A stretch of 54,191 bases of DNA, filler included, from Sluysia triapertura (GCA_046118255.1; 4 parts of 4 records of this genome joined end to end with filler, not necessarily neighbours in it); one strand, 5' to 3'. Counted from the whole stretch's first letter, positions 1 to 14,479 are shown. Made by a program: numbers and translations. Notes: generated by a model not told the origin, from the sequence alone.

Positions 1-63
1 CAGGTGGTCAAGTACTTCTATACTACATATTACTTCTATACTATATAATACTATATATTATAT

Positions 64-153
64 CAGTGGTGTCAAAGGGGCGGCCCATGGGCCGCTTGCG
101 GCCCGCGGAGGCAAATCATGCGCCCCGTAAAGCAAAAAGGTTTGACACCACTG
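64..153. mobile_element. 90-bp hAT-type (Charlie/Buster-like) MITE
   Basis: Perfect 13-bp TIRs CAGTGGTGTCAAA (64-76) / TTTGACACCACTG (141-153). GC-rich interior with GGCCC/GGGCC/GCGGCCC subterminal motifs typical of Charlie-group hATs. No intact 8-bp TSD (tattatat vs ttataacg). Confidence 0.8.
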
Positions 154-1479
154 TTATAACGCAAATCATGAAAAACGTTTTGAAAACCGTAATAGTAATA
201 ATACAATCTGATAAAAATAAAATTTTCAACACTTGATATAATTAAAAAAATATTAAAATAAAAAATATTACTAATAGTTAACATTAATTGAAAATCAATT
301 TTAAAAAAAGAGGTAATAAATTTAATTAATATTTTATTAACGTAGAAAATTAATTTAAAAAAACATAATTAAAAATATTTAAAATTAAACTAACACAAAA
401 ACATTTATTCATACTTTATCTAAAATTTTGTAAAAATATTCTTATAATAATAAAACGAATATAATAATAATTATGTTATTAAGACATTAAAGATTATATT
501 TTAAAATTTATTCGTGATTTTTAAAATCAGAATAAAAAACATTCTTCGTTCTAGTCTTTGAAGTTAATTAAACTTCAATTTATTGAATTTAATTTCATAT
601 AAATGTGATAAATGTTTAATCAACAAAATTTATTAATTTAAATAAATAATTAAACAAGAATTTTAAAGTTTAGATCAGTCACAATTTAAATCAAAATTAA
701 TTAATAAATAAAGCTAAATTTTGTTTGTATTTTTTTATAAAATTTTAACTGAAAACGAAAATAATCGTTAATTTTAATTAATACTGTGTTTTATTTGAAA
801 TTATGTTATAATTAAATATATAATTAAAGAAGATTAATTATAAATAAAATTATTATTTATCATTATAACGAATAATTTGATAACGAATAAATAGGACAAA
901 ATATGGACATGTATTTTTTGCAATGAATTGTCACTTTAAATTTAAAATAAATTAAATATAAAAAATTTACCAAATGTGATAAATAAAATTTATTTTCCAT
1001 TTTGAATTAATTATAATTTTTAAATTAAATATATTTGACGTATAAAACAATTTTTACTTCATTTTATCAGTTAAAATAAATTTTATTTATTTTTCGTTAT
1101 CTATTTAAATGTAAAAATGTAAAAAAATTTAATCTTCAACGAATTTTTGAAATATTTTTATATAAAATAATTTGGTGCATATCAGATGTATGCAGCTTAA
1201 TAAATTAATAAAAAAGACAATACATTGTTTTTGTCAGCAATATTAAATCATAATTTAAATAATAATAATAATGATAATAATAATAATAACGCAATAATGT
1301 TTAATTAATTTAACATTAACTAATTACTTAATAAAAACACATAGTTTCGGACTTGTTATTTATGGACCTTTTTAAATATTATAAATGATTTATGAAATTG
1401 ATAAATTAAAGAAATTATAAAACAAAAAGTATTACTTTTTATATGAAATAATACTATTGAAAAAATATTTCTAATTCGG

Positions 1480-3807
1480 TAAGTTAAATAAAATGAAGGA
1501 ATGTATTATTTCGTTTATGTCGAAGTATTTAGAGTTAATGGGTTTATGATTATTTTTGTTAAGATTTTATTATTAATTAAATGATTCGAATAAAAATATG
1601 TTAAACTTTGTTAACTCATTATTAAAAGAATTTGTTAAAATTAATTTGAAATCTTCATAATTAATATTTAATATTTAATAATTAATAATTAATATTCATA
1701 TTTACTAAATTAATCCAATGAAGACAGAAAATTTTATTACTAAGTATATGAAATAGAATTTTAACAAAAAATATCAAAAATTTTAAGTTAGTTCTTATTT
1801 CCTATATATTTCCATACGGTGCAGGTTGGTTTGTTTGTGGACTCCTTAAAAATAAATGATAGAGATAAAATTTATGTTCATGAAAAAACAAAATTATAAT
1901 TACTTGCAGTCTTAATTTATTAACTCTATAATAGTCACTGTAAACGAATTTGGTAATTGTTAACTTTTGATTTGTTATCAAAACGGCTGGATTGTAAGGA
2001 TGTTAATAAACTGCTTAATCTTTGCATGTGTTCATTTGTATCTTTGTCATTGTAATACATTTCGAAGACATCGTGGTAATGGCGGCAGGATATGCCATAT
2101 TTGTTACAGATTCCAATTTTATTTAATTGAGATGGGCCTTATGTCAAACGGTAAAACTTGGGTTGAAAATAAAAGGATTACCATGATGTCTTTTGTGATA
2201 GTTTAACTTGATTGGTATATTATATCGATATTTGGCTTTAATATTCTTATTTATATCTTTTGAATATAGAATGTATCTTGCAGAAAAATTTTCTTTAAAA
2301 ACAAATGTAGACAAAACATCTTTTGGAAATATAATCAATTATAAGTTTAAATATCTCGATCTCTTGATATAAATGTTGTATTTCATTATCAACGTTGAAT
2401 TTAATCATTGAAATAAATTGATTAATTTATAATTCAGTTTTGTATAAAGTTAAAGCATAATTAACTAATTGTTGTAAATGATATTTGCCCATCATAAACC
2501 GTTCAACTACTTTAGAATTTTCATCAAAATTATAAAATTCGTTTAATTTTTCTGTACTGAATTTGATTGACACTTTAAACATTTTTAACATCAATTACAT
2601 TTATTGATAAAAACTACAAGGTTGATATTTCTACACGTTTTCTAAAACAGCTAAATTACAAATTTCTATTATATCTTTTAGCGTTTCAAATTTTCGACTA
2701 TTAATGCGTATTGTAAGTGTCTAAGCAGTAATTATAAATTATAATGAATCTTGTGTGAATACACTTTTTTATTGAGTCTTAAATTTTTTCCCTGTCTATA
2801 TTTTAACTTTTCTAATTGCGCTGGCTTTGTACCTTTCAAATTTAGTCATAAATAATGACACTGTAAAATTAATCGTGATTGGGCGTCCAATAAAATAAGA
2901 AATGTTAACATACAAAAATAGCATTGATAGTGTCATCGTTTATTTCAAATGAGTGTCAAAAAATGGTATGACCATAAAATTATATTGACGCACTAAGCAA
3001 CCGTTATCAATCGACAGTTAACAAGATTGGCTGAGTTGATTTTAACTAAACTGTCGACCGGTGATAGACTATGTAATGAAAAATAGTGTAATAAAAATGA
3101 AAAAAAATAATAATTAATATATAAATGACAAAAAAGAATAATAATAATTAATAATAATAGTGAAAATAAATAAAATAATAATAACAATATATGTGTAAAA
3201 GAAATACATAAACTTATATTCTTTTCTTTACTTTATTTTTTAAAAATTATTTACATAAAAATGTTAAATTTCTTTTCTTTAAAATAAAATTTTATAAATA
3301 AAATTCTGTTAGCTTAAATTCTTTTAAATAAAATTCTTTTTGATTCTTTTCGTTCTTGGTTATGAAAATACTTCATTTCTTTCTTTAAATGCTTTTTGCA
3401 ATATTAGTTCAAATCATATTTTCTTTGAAAGAGACTTTATTCGGTGATTACAGATTTATGAAATGTGGAAAGAGCTGATAAGAGATGTTTAAAGATAATA
3501 ATACATAACTAAAGGTGTTAAAGAAATGCCATTTTGATTTCTATGTTTAAAATGGTTTTAAAATGTGAATTTAATGTTTTTCAGTGATGAATTGTAAACT
3601 TGAAATTTTTTGGATTAATTTTAAAATGTACATTTGATAATATGAGATTTAAATTGTGATTTTAATGTTGTGAAGTTGCGAATTAAAATGATTAAAAGTA
3701 CTTAAAATTTTATTGAGTCTGAAAAGGTAATTTGTAAAATGTTAGGAAATGTGATATTTCGTGTATGATAATGATTAGAATTTTAAATGAAAAGGTTGGT
3801 CACCACA
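1480..3807 (-). mobile_element. Composite dispersed element, copy 1 (TGTGG-terminated family; cargo ORF type A, decayed)
   Basis: Colinear similarity to 14480-16783 over about 2.3 kb, e.g. ccatacggtgcaggttggtttgtttgtggactcc vs ccataggttgctggttggtttgtttgtggagtcc, and tttaacttgattggtatattatatcgatatt in both. Terminus GGTTGGTCACCACA ends at 3807. Left boundary approximate. Confidence 0.8.
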
Positions 3808-3849
3808 AAGTAAATGTTTAAAAAGTTTATGTTTAGAATGAAATAATAG

Positions 3850-3903
<54 letters not shown>

Positions 3904-4909
3904 TAAGTTTTTAAATTATTATCTTATTTCATATTTAATTTACCATTTAAGTATGAAGTAACCCATAAGTAAGGTTATCTTTATCTATTGCAAATTTTAA
4001 AATTGAAACTTAAGAAATATTCTAAATAGTCATTCATATTAAAGGTAGTATTTGTAAGCTTCACTTGTGTATCATTGTTGGAGAAATGGAAGGTACAACG
4101 ACGTTGTAAAGATTTACATATAAAAGAAAATAAATAGCACGTTTAGAAGTTACAAGGACTTTCTCATCGAGTGAATTTGAAATTTGGAACTGCTAGAAAA
4201 GACTAATCCCTGTCGGAAAGAAATATTATTTGATTTGAATAAAAATTCAAGAAAGAAAAGATGACACATTTTCAATTATTTGATAAAATTGTTTAAAGGA
4301 TGGTTAATCGTGGCTAATAGTAGTGATTAATAACATAGAAAGTGAAAACATTAAACATTTCATGATAATTACTCTAAGTTAATCTATCAAAACTTATCTA
4401 ATTTATCTATTTTGTGTCGAAGATATTATGATTGCTTGTTATCCCACATTAGTGAGCAAGATAAAGATAAACATGAAACAGCAAAAATTATTTGATAATC
4501 TCGATATTTGATATGAAGTAAGTGAAGTAGTTGAAATCTTGTTCTTTCAGACAACTACTCATTTCATTTTTTAATATTATGACCTTCAATTTCGATGAAA
4601 AGATGTATTATCATTGGATTATATTTTGAATATTAAATGTACAGTTTAAGGGAAAACAGTAAACTACTTTATAATATATTATATTTTACTTGGACATTTC
4701 GAGTTTATTTTTAATTATTAAAAATAATTAATAATGTCTTTTCTGATAATATTTAGAAATTAAGAAGAAAAAGAAAAAATTGTTGAATTATATAAATAAC
4801 TTTAAAAGTGACTGATAAATTTTGTTTTATTTACCATTTCAAAGATTACACTTTTATTGATTTTTTAAATGTTCGATTTAAATAATTTCGATTTAAATTC
4901 AGAAGTAAT

Positions 4910-5055
4910 AGTAAGCTGGGCGACAAGTTATATACTATATACCGTTTATGTTTCAAAAACACACAAAAAACTACCAGGAAAAGTCAAATTAATGGAACAT
5001 TATGAAATATTTAAGAAGAAAAAGTTATTTCTGTTTCCAAAATATCGTAGTGAAT
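4910..5055 (+). repeat. Dispersed repeat, copy A (partner at 12423-12562)
   Basis: aagctgggcgacaagtt...accgtttatgtttcaaaaa...attatgaaatatttaagaa...aaaagttatttctgtttc aligns with 12423-12562. Confidence 0.8.
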
Positions 5056-5534
5056 AATTTATTTTAAACACTGTTGAGTATTTAATAATAAATTAAAAAG
5101 AATTAATTTTTAATTTCTAATTGAAATTAATAATAAAAAAACAGATTTTTAATAAAATAAAGGAATAAATTTTTTAATATTTATATGCAAGTATGAGTAT
5201 ACAAACAACAAAAATAAAGATTATACTTTATAAAAATAGAAATTAATTTATATTATAATTAAATTTTGATATAAAATTATATCACGAAAACAAGAAAATC
5301 CCAGCGAACTTCTAATCATTATCAACGATGCAATAAATGATTGTTAAGTGTCATATAACAATCAGAAGGATAAGAATAAAGTAAAAATAGAGTAAAATCA
5401 AAGTAGACATAATATAGAATCCAATATTTGATAACGAATATCTGTAGACGACATCAATTATGTAAATTTCTTACCTTTTTCTTGCTTTATTTTGATTACT
5501 GACTATTGCTTAGACATTTGCAATTTCTTGTACA

Positions 5535-5580
<46 letters not shown>

Positions 5581-7799
5581 TTAATAATAGCGCTTATGTC
5601 TACTATGAAATAAGTGTAAACTGTTTAGAATATGATTAGTAAAACGTTGCATTCTTAAATATATCATAAACCTCCTGTTATTTGTCATTCTATGGTAGCA
5701 CGGTGTCGATTTTTCAAACTAATCTCTATATAACCTATTATCAGAGTATATTTTGAATTAATTGTTATATCTTAAAGATATTCATTTTGGTTTCCTAGTC
5801 TGCAATATTTATCCACAAGGTCAGTATTGTAAGAAGAAAGTCTAGTGAAAAAGGCTTTTTAATTTGTACTTATTCTTTATTGTGAGTTCTTTACAATCTT
5901 AGACTTATGCACTTAAGGGCTAAGTTGTAAGCAGTATTTTAGAAGAACTTATATGAAGGTAAGCTTATATTAAGCTTATATGAAGTCAATTATGCTTTCC
6001 TAGGTTACTGTAAAACTATAAAACTAATGTTGACTCTTTAATTTAAAAGTTAAAAATCGGCTCTTTAAAATGAACAATTTTATGAAATATTAACTTAGGC
6101 TTAAAAATAAACTTAGTTCTTTCAACAAACTTGGTTTTTTTTGTAAGGTTATTTATAATATCAAAATTCAAAATAATTTAAGTCAATTTTACAACCTCAT
6201 TAAAAAAACGGTGTTCCTTAAATCTTATCTTTTCTCTATGAAATTTTACCTAGATTTTGCGACCGAATAAAATCGGTGACCTTATTTTAATTAATGAATA
6301 AAATCGAATAAGAAATGAAATATATTAGTTGTACAATTATACAAATAATAATTTTTATACAGAGGATAATAAAAAGTATATAATAACTTTATAAATATTT
6401 TAATGAAGATTATAAATATAATCTTTTATTAATTAATTACCTCCCTCTTAAAAAGGGGGTTAAAAATTAAACTTATCATTTTGCTATCCATTAAAAATGA
6501 GAAAAACTTATAAACAACAAACTAACGGTTACTATGATGATTTATAGATAAGTTTCCAAAAATCAAGTATTGTCCAAAATTCCAAAGGTTTAAATTAATC
6601 GTCGAATGAAGTTTCAAAAGTTTCTTGAAGATCGTCACCGAATGAAATAAATAAGAATTCAGACTTTTCTCGTGATACCAACCTTGTGAATAATTTTTGT
6701 GTGAGTGTATTATGAGTTTTTATGTGCCTTTTATAATAGATGAATGGTAACCTTGACTGTTGTAGTTCAATTTATTTAATTTAATTTATTTAAAGAATTA
6801 AGATAAAGAATTAAGACTTTAAAGATTAAAGAGAAAGAATTTAAATAATATTAATAATGATTTTCATAAATAATAATAATAAAAATAATAATACCAACAA
6901 ACTGTTAAAATTAAAATCAATAATTTTATTTAAACTATTACGATAAAAATTTTATTTATATTGTTAGATTCTATATTTAAAATCAATAATTTATATTTAT
7001 AGACATAACCTAATCAATAATTTACAAACATAAACTATTAAACTTTAGTTAGATTCTACATAAACTATTTTTAGATTATAAACAGATTATAAATATAAAC
7101 TTTACATATTATTATTACTGACATATTGACAGTATCATAAGCATTTATAGATTACCATCATATGTTTGCTTTTACTTAGTAACAACAGTCAGATTTATGT
7201 AATATCCAAATTTTAATTAAAAACATTCTTATAAACTTTAGATTATTTTGTGTAATTTGAAATTAAATAAATACTTTTAAACGTTTAAACAGGGTTATTA
7301 TTGAATTAATATAAAACATAAGAAATGATAACGTATTTTGACTTTAAAAATCAATAAAATGTATAAAAAGAAATTCATTGTCGATGCTTGTTGCGCAATA
7401 TATACAAATCAACATAGTAAAGTTAACTTAAACAAAAATTTGTACAACTTTTTAACTAAAATCATAACGTTTTATTTATTTCTGGATAGTTTTTTTACAT
7501 TTTTGTACATGTCTATTGAATAAATATAAAAATATAATTTTTGTTTTACTAAACTTTCATTTAAAATTTAAACAAATATAAATTTTTATTAATTAAATTA
7601 TAAATTATTTTCAATAAAGATTTTCATATAACTTTTTACTAAAAGAAACTTAATAAAATAAAATTAGTTATAAAAACTATAAATAAAATATTAAAAATTT
7701 GTTTTACGAATGACAGAAGATAAAATTAAAAATATCAGTAAAAATACAGATGTTTAAGATGTACAAATAATTATAATAAAGCTTAATCACAGCAGTTTA

Positions 7800-10675
7800 T
7801 TTTACAGATTCAGATTAATGCCATTGGATTTTCTAATGAAATTTGGATCAAATTGTTGTGGTTTAAAGTTATTAGAAAGCTTGAATTTAAAAATTAATTT
7901 TATACAGAAATTTAATTCACAATTATAAAAAGAGTTTACAAATTTGATCGAAATCTTAATTTTTAAAGTTTTAAAAATATAACTAATAAGAACTAAGTGA
8001 AAATTATACAAAAATCTATTCACAACAATATTAATTATTTTCGTCCCGTAGAAGTCGTCCAATTTTAAGCACGCTTCACCATCTAAACATAAAGAAATAA
8101 AACTTGATTACTTCGCGTTCGTTGTAAATAGCACTCATATCGATTGTTGTTTTGACTTCCTCAGCTAGTTCTGATATTTTAATTTTATTTTTTTCAATAT
8201 GTGATATAATAATTTGACTAAATGTAACAGGAATAACTTTTCTTCACTTTATGATTTACGCAATTTCACATTTCTTAATATAAAATTCGAAAAATCTACT
8301 ACTTTAACTCGATAAACAATAGTTCTATTTCTTTGTTCGCCAAGAATGGCTTCGTTGATTGTGTCAAAAACCAATAATTTTAAATCGATGATGGATGGAT
8401 TCACATTTGAATATATGTTGGCTAGAAGTTGTGCAACTAAACTGGTTACATCTGCGGATTATCGAGTTTACAGCGTAAATAATTTCGAAGACTATGAAAT
8501 TGTTTTACACACATTCTAGATAACAACTGAAGTACTAATTTAACTTGTTACCGTGGATCGGTTTTACAAGGCATGCTGACTCTATGATATTTTCTTGTTT
8601 GGCATCATTTTTTGGATTTCCATTTTTAACATTATCTTTTAATCGATCCGTTTGATTATTTTTAACGACAATGGCTTTCAATTCATAATTTTCTTCATTA
8701 ACATAATTTTGATCAACATGATTGAATCTATTCTCTTTTCTGGAGCATTTTTCACTTCATACGTCCTTCGAGATGGATAACAACACGAATAACAATCATC
8801 CTTTGCTGGACTAGATTTATATGTAAGTACATGTAGCAGCCTTTTCGTTACAAAAATTTCATTATTGGCAAATCTTAATTTTTGATCTTTCAAATAACCA
8901 ATTGCATCTTAAAGTTGATGTGTATTGGCATCGAAAAGAAATTCTTCTTTTGAGTCCAAGAAGAATTGCAACATATCAGATCGTAGTGCAGAATTTGCAT
9001 TAATTAACATAGCTGACTCTAACACAGCAACTTCCTTTCTGACCGAATCAATGGAATTAATCATATGTATTTGAGAACGATTTGAATATTTCTTGTACTG
9101 CATTATCTATTATACGATTTTCCCGATCTGTCGTCAATTGCACTTCTTAATAGCATATTATCGACTAATTTGTAAACATCGCAAATCAAGATCATTCTGA
9201 TCTTGCTTATTAATTGTTTTTAAAGTTTTTCTACTTCTCGAACTTAGATCAGATTCTTCGACATCTTTATATCGTTTGATATCATTTCTAACATAATTTA
9301 AATTCACAAATGTTGTTATATGATCGTGAAGGTCTTTACTTAACGGTGAAGCAATGGGCTCAACTTTGTTGATATACTTTTTATCAATTTTAATGTTGAA
9401 TCGATGTTTTGCAATGTTTAATCCCATATCATTTTGATTTACAAATAATTGTTTTGTAAAATCTTTTACTAATTGCTAATTTTTTGTTGATTATTTGAGA
9501 TTATCATTATTGTTTTATAATATTTGTTTTTTGTGCCAAAAAATTATTTTGTGTTTCTGCTTCTGGATTGGTTGTCCAACCAAAGATATATGAAAATAAT
9601 GATGAAGTTCACTATGGTTGGACAGCTAGTAATAATCATTGCTCATAAATTGATTGATAGGTGAACCACTATCAGTGGTGACACTGACTGTAAATGTAAG
9701 TAAATGCACTCACCACTGGTAGTGGTAGTTACTAAATTAATCGAAAAAATAAATTAGTTTGAATAAAATTTATGAAAATGATAATAATAATAACAATTAA
9801 TTACATAATTTTCTTAAATTCTTTACGACATAAATTTTCTTATACTCTGTTGTCTATTCTCAACATATTTAGTTGTATTTAGAGAAGTTGAATATATTTA
9901 AACGTCTGAGGGTTAAGTGCTATAATTTTAAAATGATACAAATGTTTTACGTGGATTTTAAATGTACACTGATGGTCTGCATGAAGTAATGTTTTAATTA
10001 TTTTAAAATAACATGAGTGTTTAGAATGAAATTAATGTTTAGCTGTTATGATTGTGACATGAAACTGCGTTGAAAAGAGTGTAGTTTGGTGTATGAAAAG
10101 TAGATAAGTTATAGTCTAGCTTTTAGTATGTTCGAAAGGTGATCATACAATGTTAAAAATATAATTTATTTTCTTGATATGTTTAAGTAATATTATCTTT
10201 CTGTGCTATTAGGGATTGACTGATAACAGATCATGAATTTAGAATGTTTGAATTAATTTGAAAGTGGTTGTAGTTGAATTATTATGACATGACGAATAAA
10301 ATATTTTTTTCATGAATTTTTTTAATGTAAATTGATGGTTTTGAATGTCATTATGGTTCGTATGTTATGAGATTGTAGTTTTACAATGTTTCGAAGAATG
10401 GGAGTTGATTTTGGTGGATCTAGAAAGAAATAAGACGAATTCTGAAAGGTTGTTTTGTGGTGTTGAAAAGGATGTGATTTTAGTTATTTTTGTATTGAAT
10501 TGTGAATTTAAAAATGTGAGTTGTAGATTTTGAGGGTGAGTGTTATATTGACAAGGGATTATGTAAAAAAAAATTTTTTTAATGAATTTTAAAGTGTATA
10601 TTGTATATTTTAAAGATGTATGTGGTTTTATAATGTTTAATGAAATTTGTTAAAATTAATGGGTTGGTTACCACA
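7800..10675 (-). mobile_element. Composite dispersed element, copy 3 (same architecture, different cargo ORF type B)
   Basis: Terminus GGTTGGTTACCACA ends at 10675. G/T-rich tract 9830-10660 resembles 3420-3800, 16450-16780 and 22600-23400. Hairpin at 9665-9726, GATTGGTTGTCCAACCA at about 9566-9582, then a long broken ORF. Left boundary approximate. Confidence 0.65.
7802..9427 (-). pseudogene. Decayed ~500-codon ORF of unknown function (element cargo B)
   Basis: Chain of same-strand ORF fragments (9158-9427, 8909-9103, 8678-8893, further open stretches to about 7800) in locally higher-GC, coding-like sequence, interrupted by stops and frameshifts. No family recognised. Confidence 0.55.
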
Positions 10676-10799
10676 CAAATTTTTAAAAATGACAACTTAG
10701 ACCACATCAAACTGAAAGACTTTGGGTCTTTCACTGTCCATTCTATCTCTCCTGTTTACGTCAAAGTACAAAATAAGATTAAAGTACATTACGTTAAGG

Positions 10800-10830
<31 letters not shown>

Positions 10831-11353
10831 CTATAAAGCTTTGATTTTTAAAATAATTTAAAAAGTATTAATGAGTACTTTATAAAAAAATAAGTCCTTT
10901 AAAAAAGATTTTAAATATTTGTTATGAATTGATGAATCAAATTTTTTATTTTGGCTTCTATTTTCGATAATGATTTCTTATACCTATCACATAAGCTTCA
11001 ATTTATTAAAATTATAAATGTTCACATAGGCTTCCTGCATGCTTTAATAGGTGCAATAAACTAAACTCAAACTAATATAATTTATTTCGTCGGCTATATA
11101 ATTTATCCGCTAACTTGAATAATAAAATATTTTAAGTATCGAATTGACATTTGTTTGTGAATTTCCTAAATTAACCCAGCGCCTAGCCCTAACTGGTAAG
11201 CCTAATACGTTGGTGGACTCACTACAAACATTTTCTTTTTATTAATAAGACTAAGTCAAGAAAAAACCTAGCAATTATTATCAACAAACCTCATTGAACT
11301 TTGATATATAATGAGTTTACCATACTTAAGTTGACTTCTATGATTTTTTATAG

Positions 11354-11399
<46 letters not shown>

Positions 11400-12422
11400 A
11401 TTCCAGAAATCCTGCGGAAAACTCGCTAATTTAAATTATTAGATTAAATTATTGTAGATTAAGCATATTTAAACAAAAATTGCATTATTTATAAGTTAAA
11501 CTTATATGTACATCTTAATAAAATTCGAAATTATACACGTTTGACAAAATATGACTGTAATTTAATAACTTTAAAGTTAATCTTTTCAGATACATAGAAA
11601 AATAAACTGCTTTTTGTTGTATATTTGCTATCCTTAAAATATCCTTGTTTTTTTATAAAATGTAATACGACATATTTGTAACATAATATAATATTTGTAA
11701 TATAATTTTATAAAGATGTAAAGGCTGTAATGTTTATGTTATAAATTTATATCTGTAAATCTTAAAACAATGTTGTATGACATTAAAAATATATCAAATT
11801 ACACAATTAAAATACTATTATAAATAAATTATAAAAAAATTAAAAATTTCAAAATTAATTTAACAAATGAAATTTAAATTTCATAATTTTGTCACGATTT
11901 TTCTTATTACAAAAATCCTTTTTATAATTTATTATTATAATAATTTAATAAGTACTTCCATCAATCATTAAAATATAATTCATTTAATCTCAATCAAACA
12001 AATTATAATTAAAAATTAATTTTTATATTGTTAAAAAAATTAAAAGTTGAATAATTTGATAACTTTATATCATACATGAGTAAATCAGTCAGAAAACTTT
12101 AAGATATATTAACTATTTAAATCAGATTCATACTTTTCAGCAATAATAAATTTTTTAACATGTTAACATAACATTCTTATTTATTTTGTGATAAATAATA
12201 TTCAATCAGTTAAAACAAATACAATCCACATTCAGAAATAACATACAAACAATTAAAATATATAATTCATAATGCTTATATTACAGAAATACTGAGTATT
12301 TCTTCGAAGTAATAAAAATTTGGAAACCAAGATGATTGTTCCATTGATAAAGTATAGTAAAGTATAATAAAAGTATAATATAAAGTATAATAAATTATAG
12401 TATACAGATTCTACAGTGGGAA

Positions 12423-12562
12423 CAAGCTAGGTGATAAGTTGTAAACCGTTTACGTTTCAAAAATGTTAAACCAGTTACCAGATAATGTCATATTAGTGGA
12501 AGATTATGAAATATTTAAGAAAGACAAAAAGTTATTTCTGTTTCAGAAATATAATAGTGAGC
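12423..12562 (+). repeat. Dispersed repeat, copy B (partner at 4910-5055); probable DNA-transposon end
   Basis: aagctaggtgataagtt...accgtttacgtttcaaaaa...attatgaaatatttaagaa...aaaagttatttctgtttc. Preceded by TA-CAGTGGG, a Tc1/pogo-like terminus. Confidence 0.75.
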
Positions 12563-12600
12563 ACTTTTAAGTACTTATTTTACAGTATATATGAGCGCAG

Positions 12601-12700
12601 NNNNNNNNNNNNNNNNNNNNNNNNNNNNNNNNNNNNNNNNNNNNTTAATTAATTAANNNNNNNNNNNNNNNNNNNNNNNNNNNNNNNNNNNNNNNNNNNN
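12601..12700. other. Artificial contig linker (N44-TTAATTAATTAA-N44)
   Basis: Identical 100-bp construct occurs three times. TTAATTAATTAA places stops in all six frames. Confidence 0.97.
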
Positions 12701-14479
12701 ATTATTACTATGTTAAACTTATCTTTATTATTTTGAACAAAGATTTTATTTCTCAATTATTTTAAAGATATTATACAATTTATAAGGTTACTAAAGGATC
12801 TCAAATGCCTATCGACATTTCAAGAATACCTAAAGGTTACTAAGGTCTTCAATAATCTAAAGTTCTAAAGTTCAATAATCTAAAAGGTATCTTAATGCTT
12901 GCAAAGGTTTTTCAAGTCCATCTCAAGCTTCCACAAGATCTCAAACCTTATATAGGTCTTTGGAACTCAAAGGTATTCTTTAATTGTTAGGACCATTATA
13001 AATGTTTTCATTATCATGATTCTTATTTCAACAATGTTTATAATGTTCAGTCCATCAATTTGTATAAGTTCTTCTTTGATTTTATAGTTCTATAAGTATC
13101 TTACTCATTTCCTAATCTACAGTTGGGCAATCCCAACAATTGTGTAATTATAATATTTATATTGTACTGAATATAATGAAGTATGAATTTTGTTTTGATT
13201 GATAAAATTTGGAATTTAAGTCTAATATAGAATAAATTTTATTATTTAAAAAAGGTTTACGACTATTAAAGAGTCAACATTATTTATTGTGAATTGTTGT
13301 GTTGTCGGAAAATAAATTGACTGAAAAGATATTGCAGTTTTTTAGAGATCAATATTTTATAAAGTTTTACAAAACATTTATAAGTACATGAATTAATTAA
13401 TTTAATTATAATTATTTGAAAATCATCTTTAATCAATAATTTTCCTTATGATGTTTGCATAGGAGCGGGTATCGCACATAATAAAACACAATCAAGACTA
13501 TGTGAAACATATCAACGTAGATAACGTAAAATCATTATATTTAATTAATTTTCTTCATTATAAAGTTAAATTTCTACGTATTATAATAAGCATACATAAT
13601 AAAAGTATATATCAAATTAATACTCAATAAGAAATCATTCTAAATATGTCATTGACATTAATGTCACTCATCATTAATGTGTTGTTTATTGTATCAAAAG
13701 TTATTATTGAAAACAAGTTTTATAGTTGATTAGATTTATATCAAATTTAAGGTAATGTATTGTATTGATAATTATTATTATTATTATTATGATCTTAAAT
13801 ATTAATTTTATTATGTTCAAAATATAGAAGTTTGTTTGCCATAAAACTCATTATCTTTGGATATTTGCTAGACACTATTAAGACGAAAACTCGACGGAAA
13901 TTTATGTTCAAATTTGATTAATAAAATTGGTCGGCATAAAAATAACTCTAATAAATAAGCATGTCTTGTCGACCTGCACAATAATTAAGTCAAATTCCCG
14001 ACTTTTTAGCAATTATCCAAACACTATGCAAAGAACCACATTTTTCTATTATTAGACACAAAACAGAATAAAAGAAAATTATTATAACTTTTGCTGTAAG
14101 AAGGCTGATTCAATACAGTAGTGGCAAACACTGATTGAATCTTTCAATTCTTTAGAAATCGGACTATATTTGTTAAAAAGCCAATTTATTTATAGTTAGT
14201 TGAATTTTGAGTTTTTATTGTTTATTTATTGTATTCTGGGTAGTAAAATTTATTTGTTTTGTGTAAAATCTAAGATTGAGTATTATAGTTGATTTTTATT
14301 TAGTGAATAATTGAAAAGACTGAGTTATAATGAGGTTATCATTATTTGATTTTTATTGTGATATATTGTGATATATTTTGATATAATTATAATATATTGA
14401 GATTGAGATTCATTTATTGTTTTTTATAATTTAAAGAATATTAAAAAAATAAAAATACCACAAAATTATAAACGTTTTT

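Noticed and set aside
72-284. 70-aa ORF
   Set aside because: Runs from AT-rich flank into the hAT MITE; no coding signature.
12645-12656. TTAATTAATTAA palindrome recurring three times inside N runs
   Set aside because: Artificial six-frame-stop spacer added during scaffolding, not biological. Adjacency across these points is unverified.
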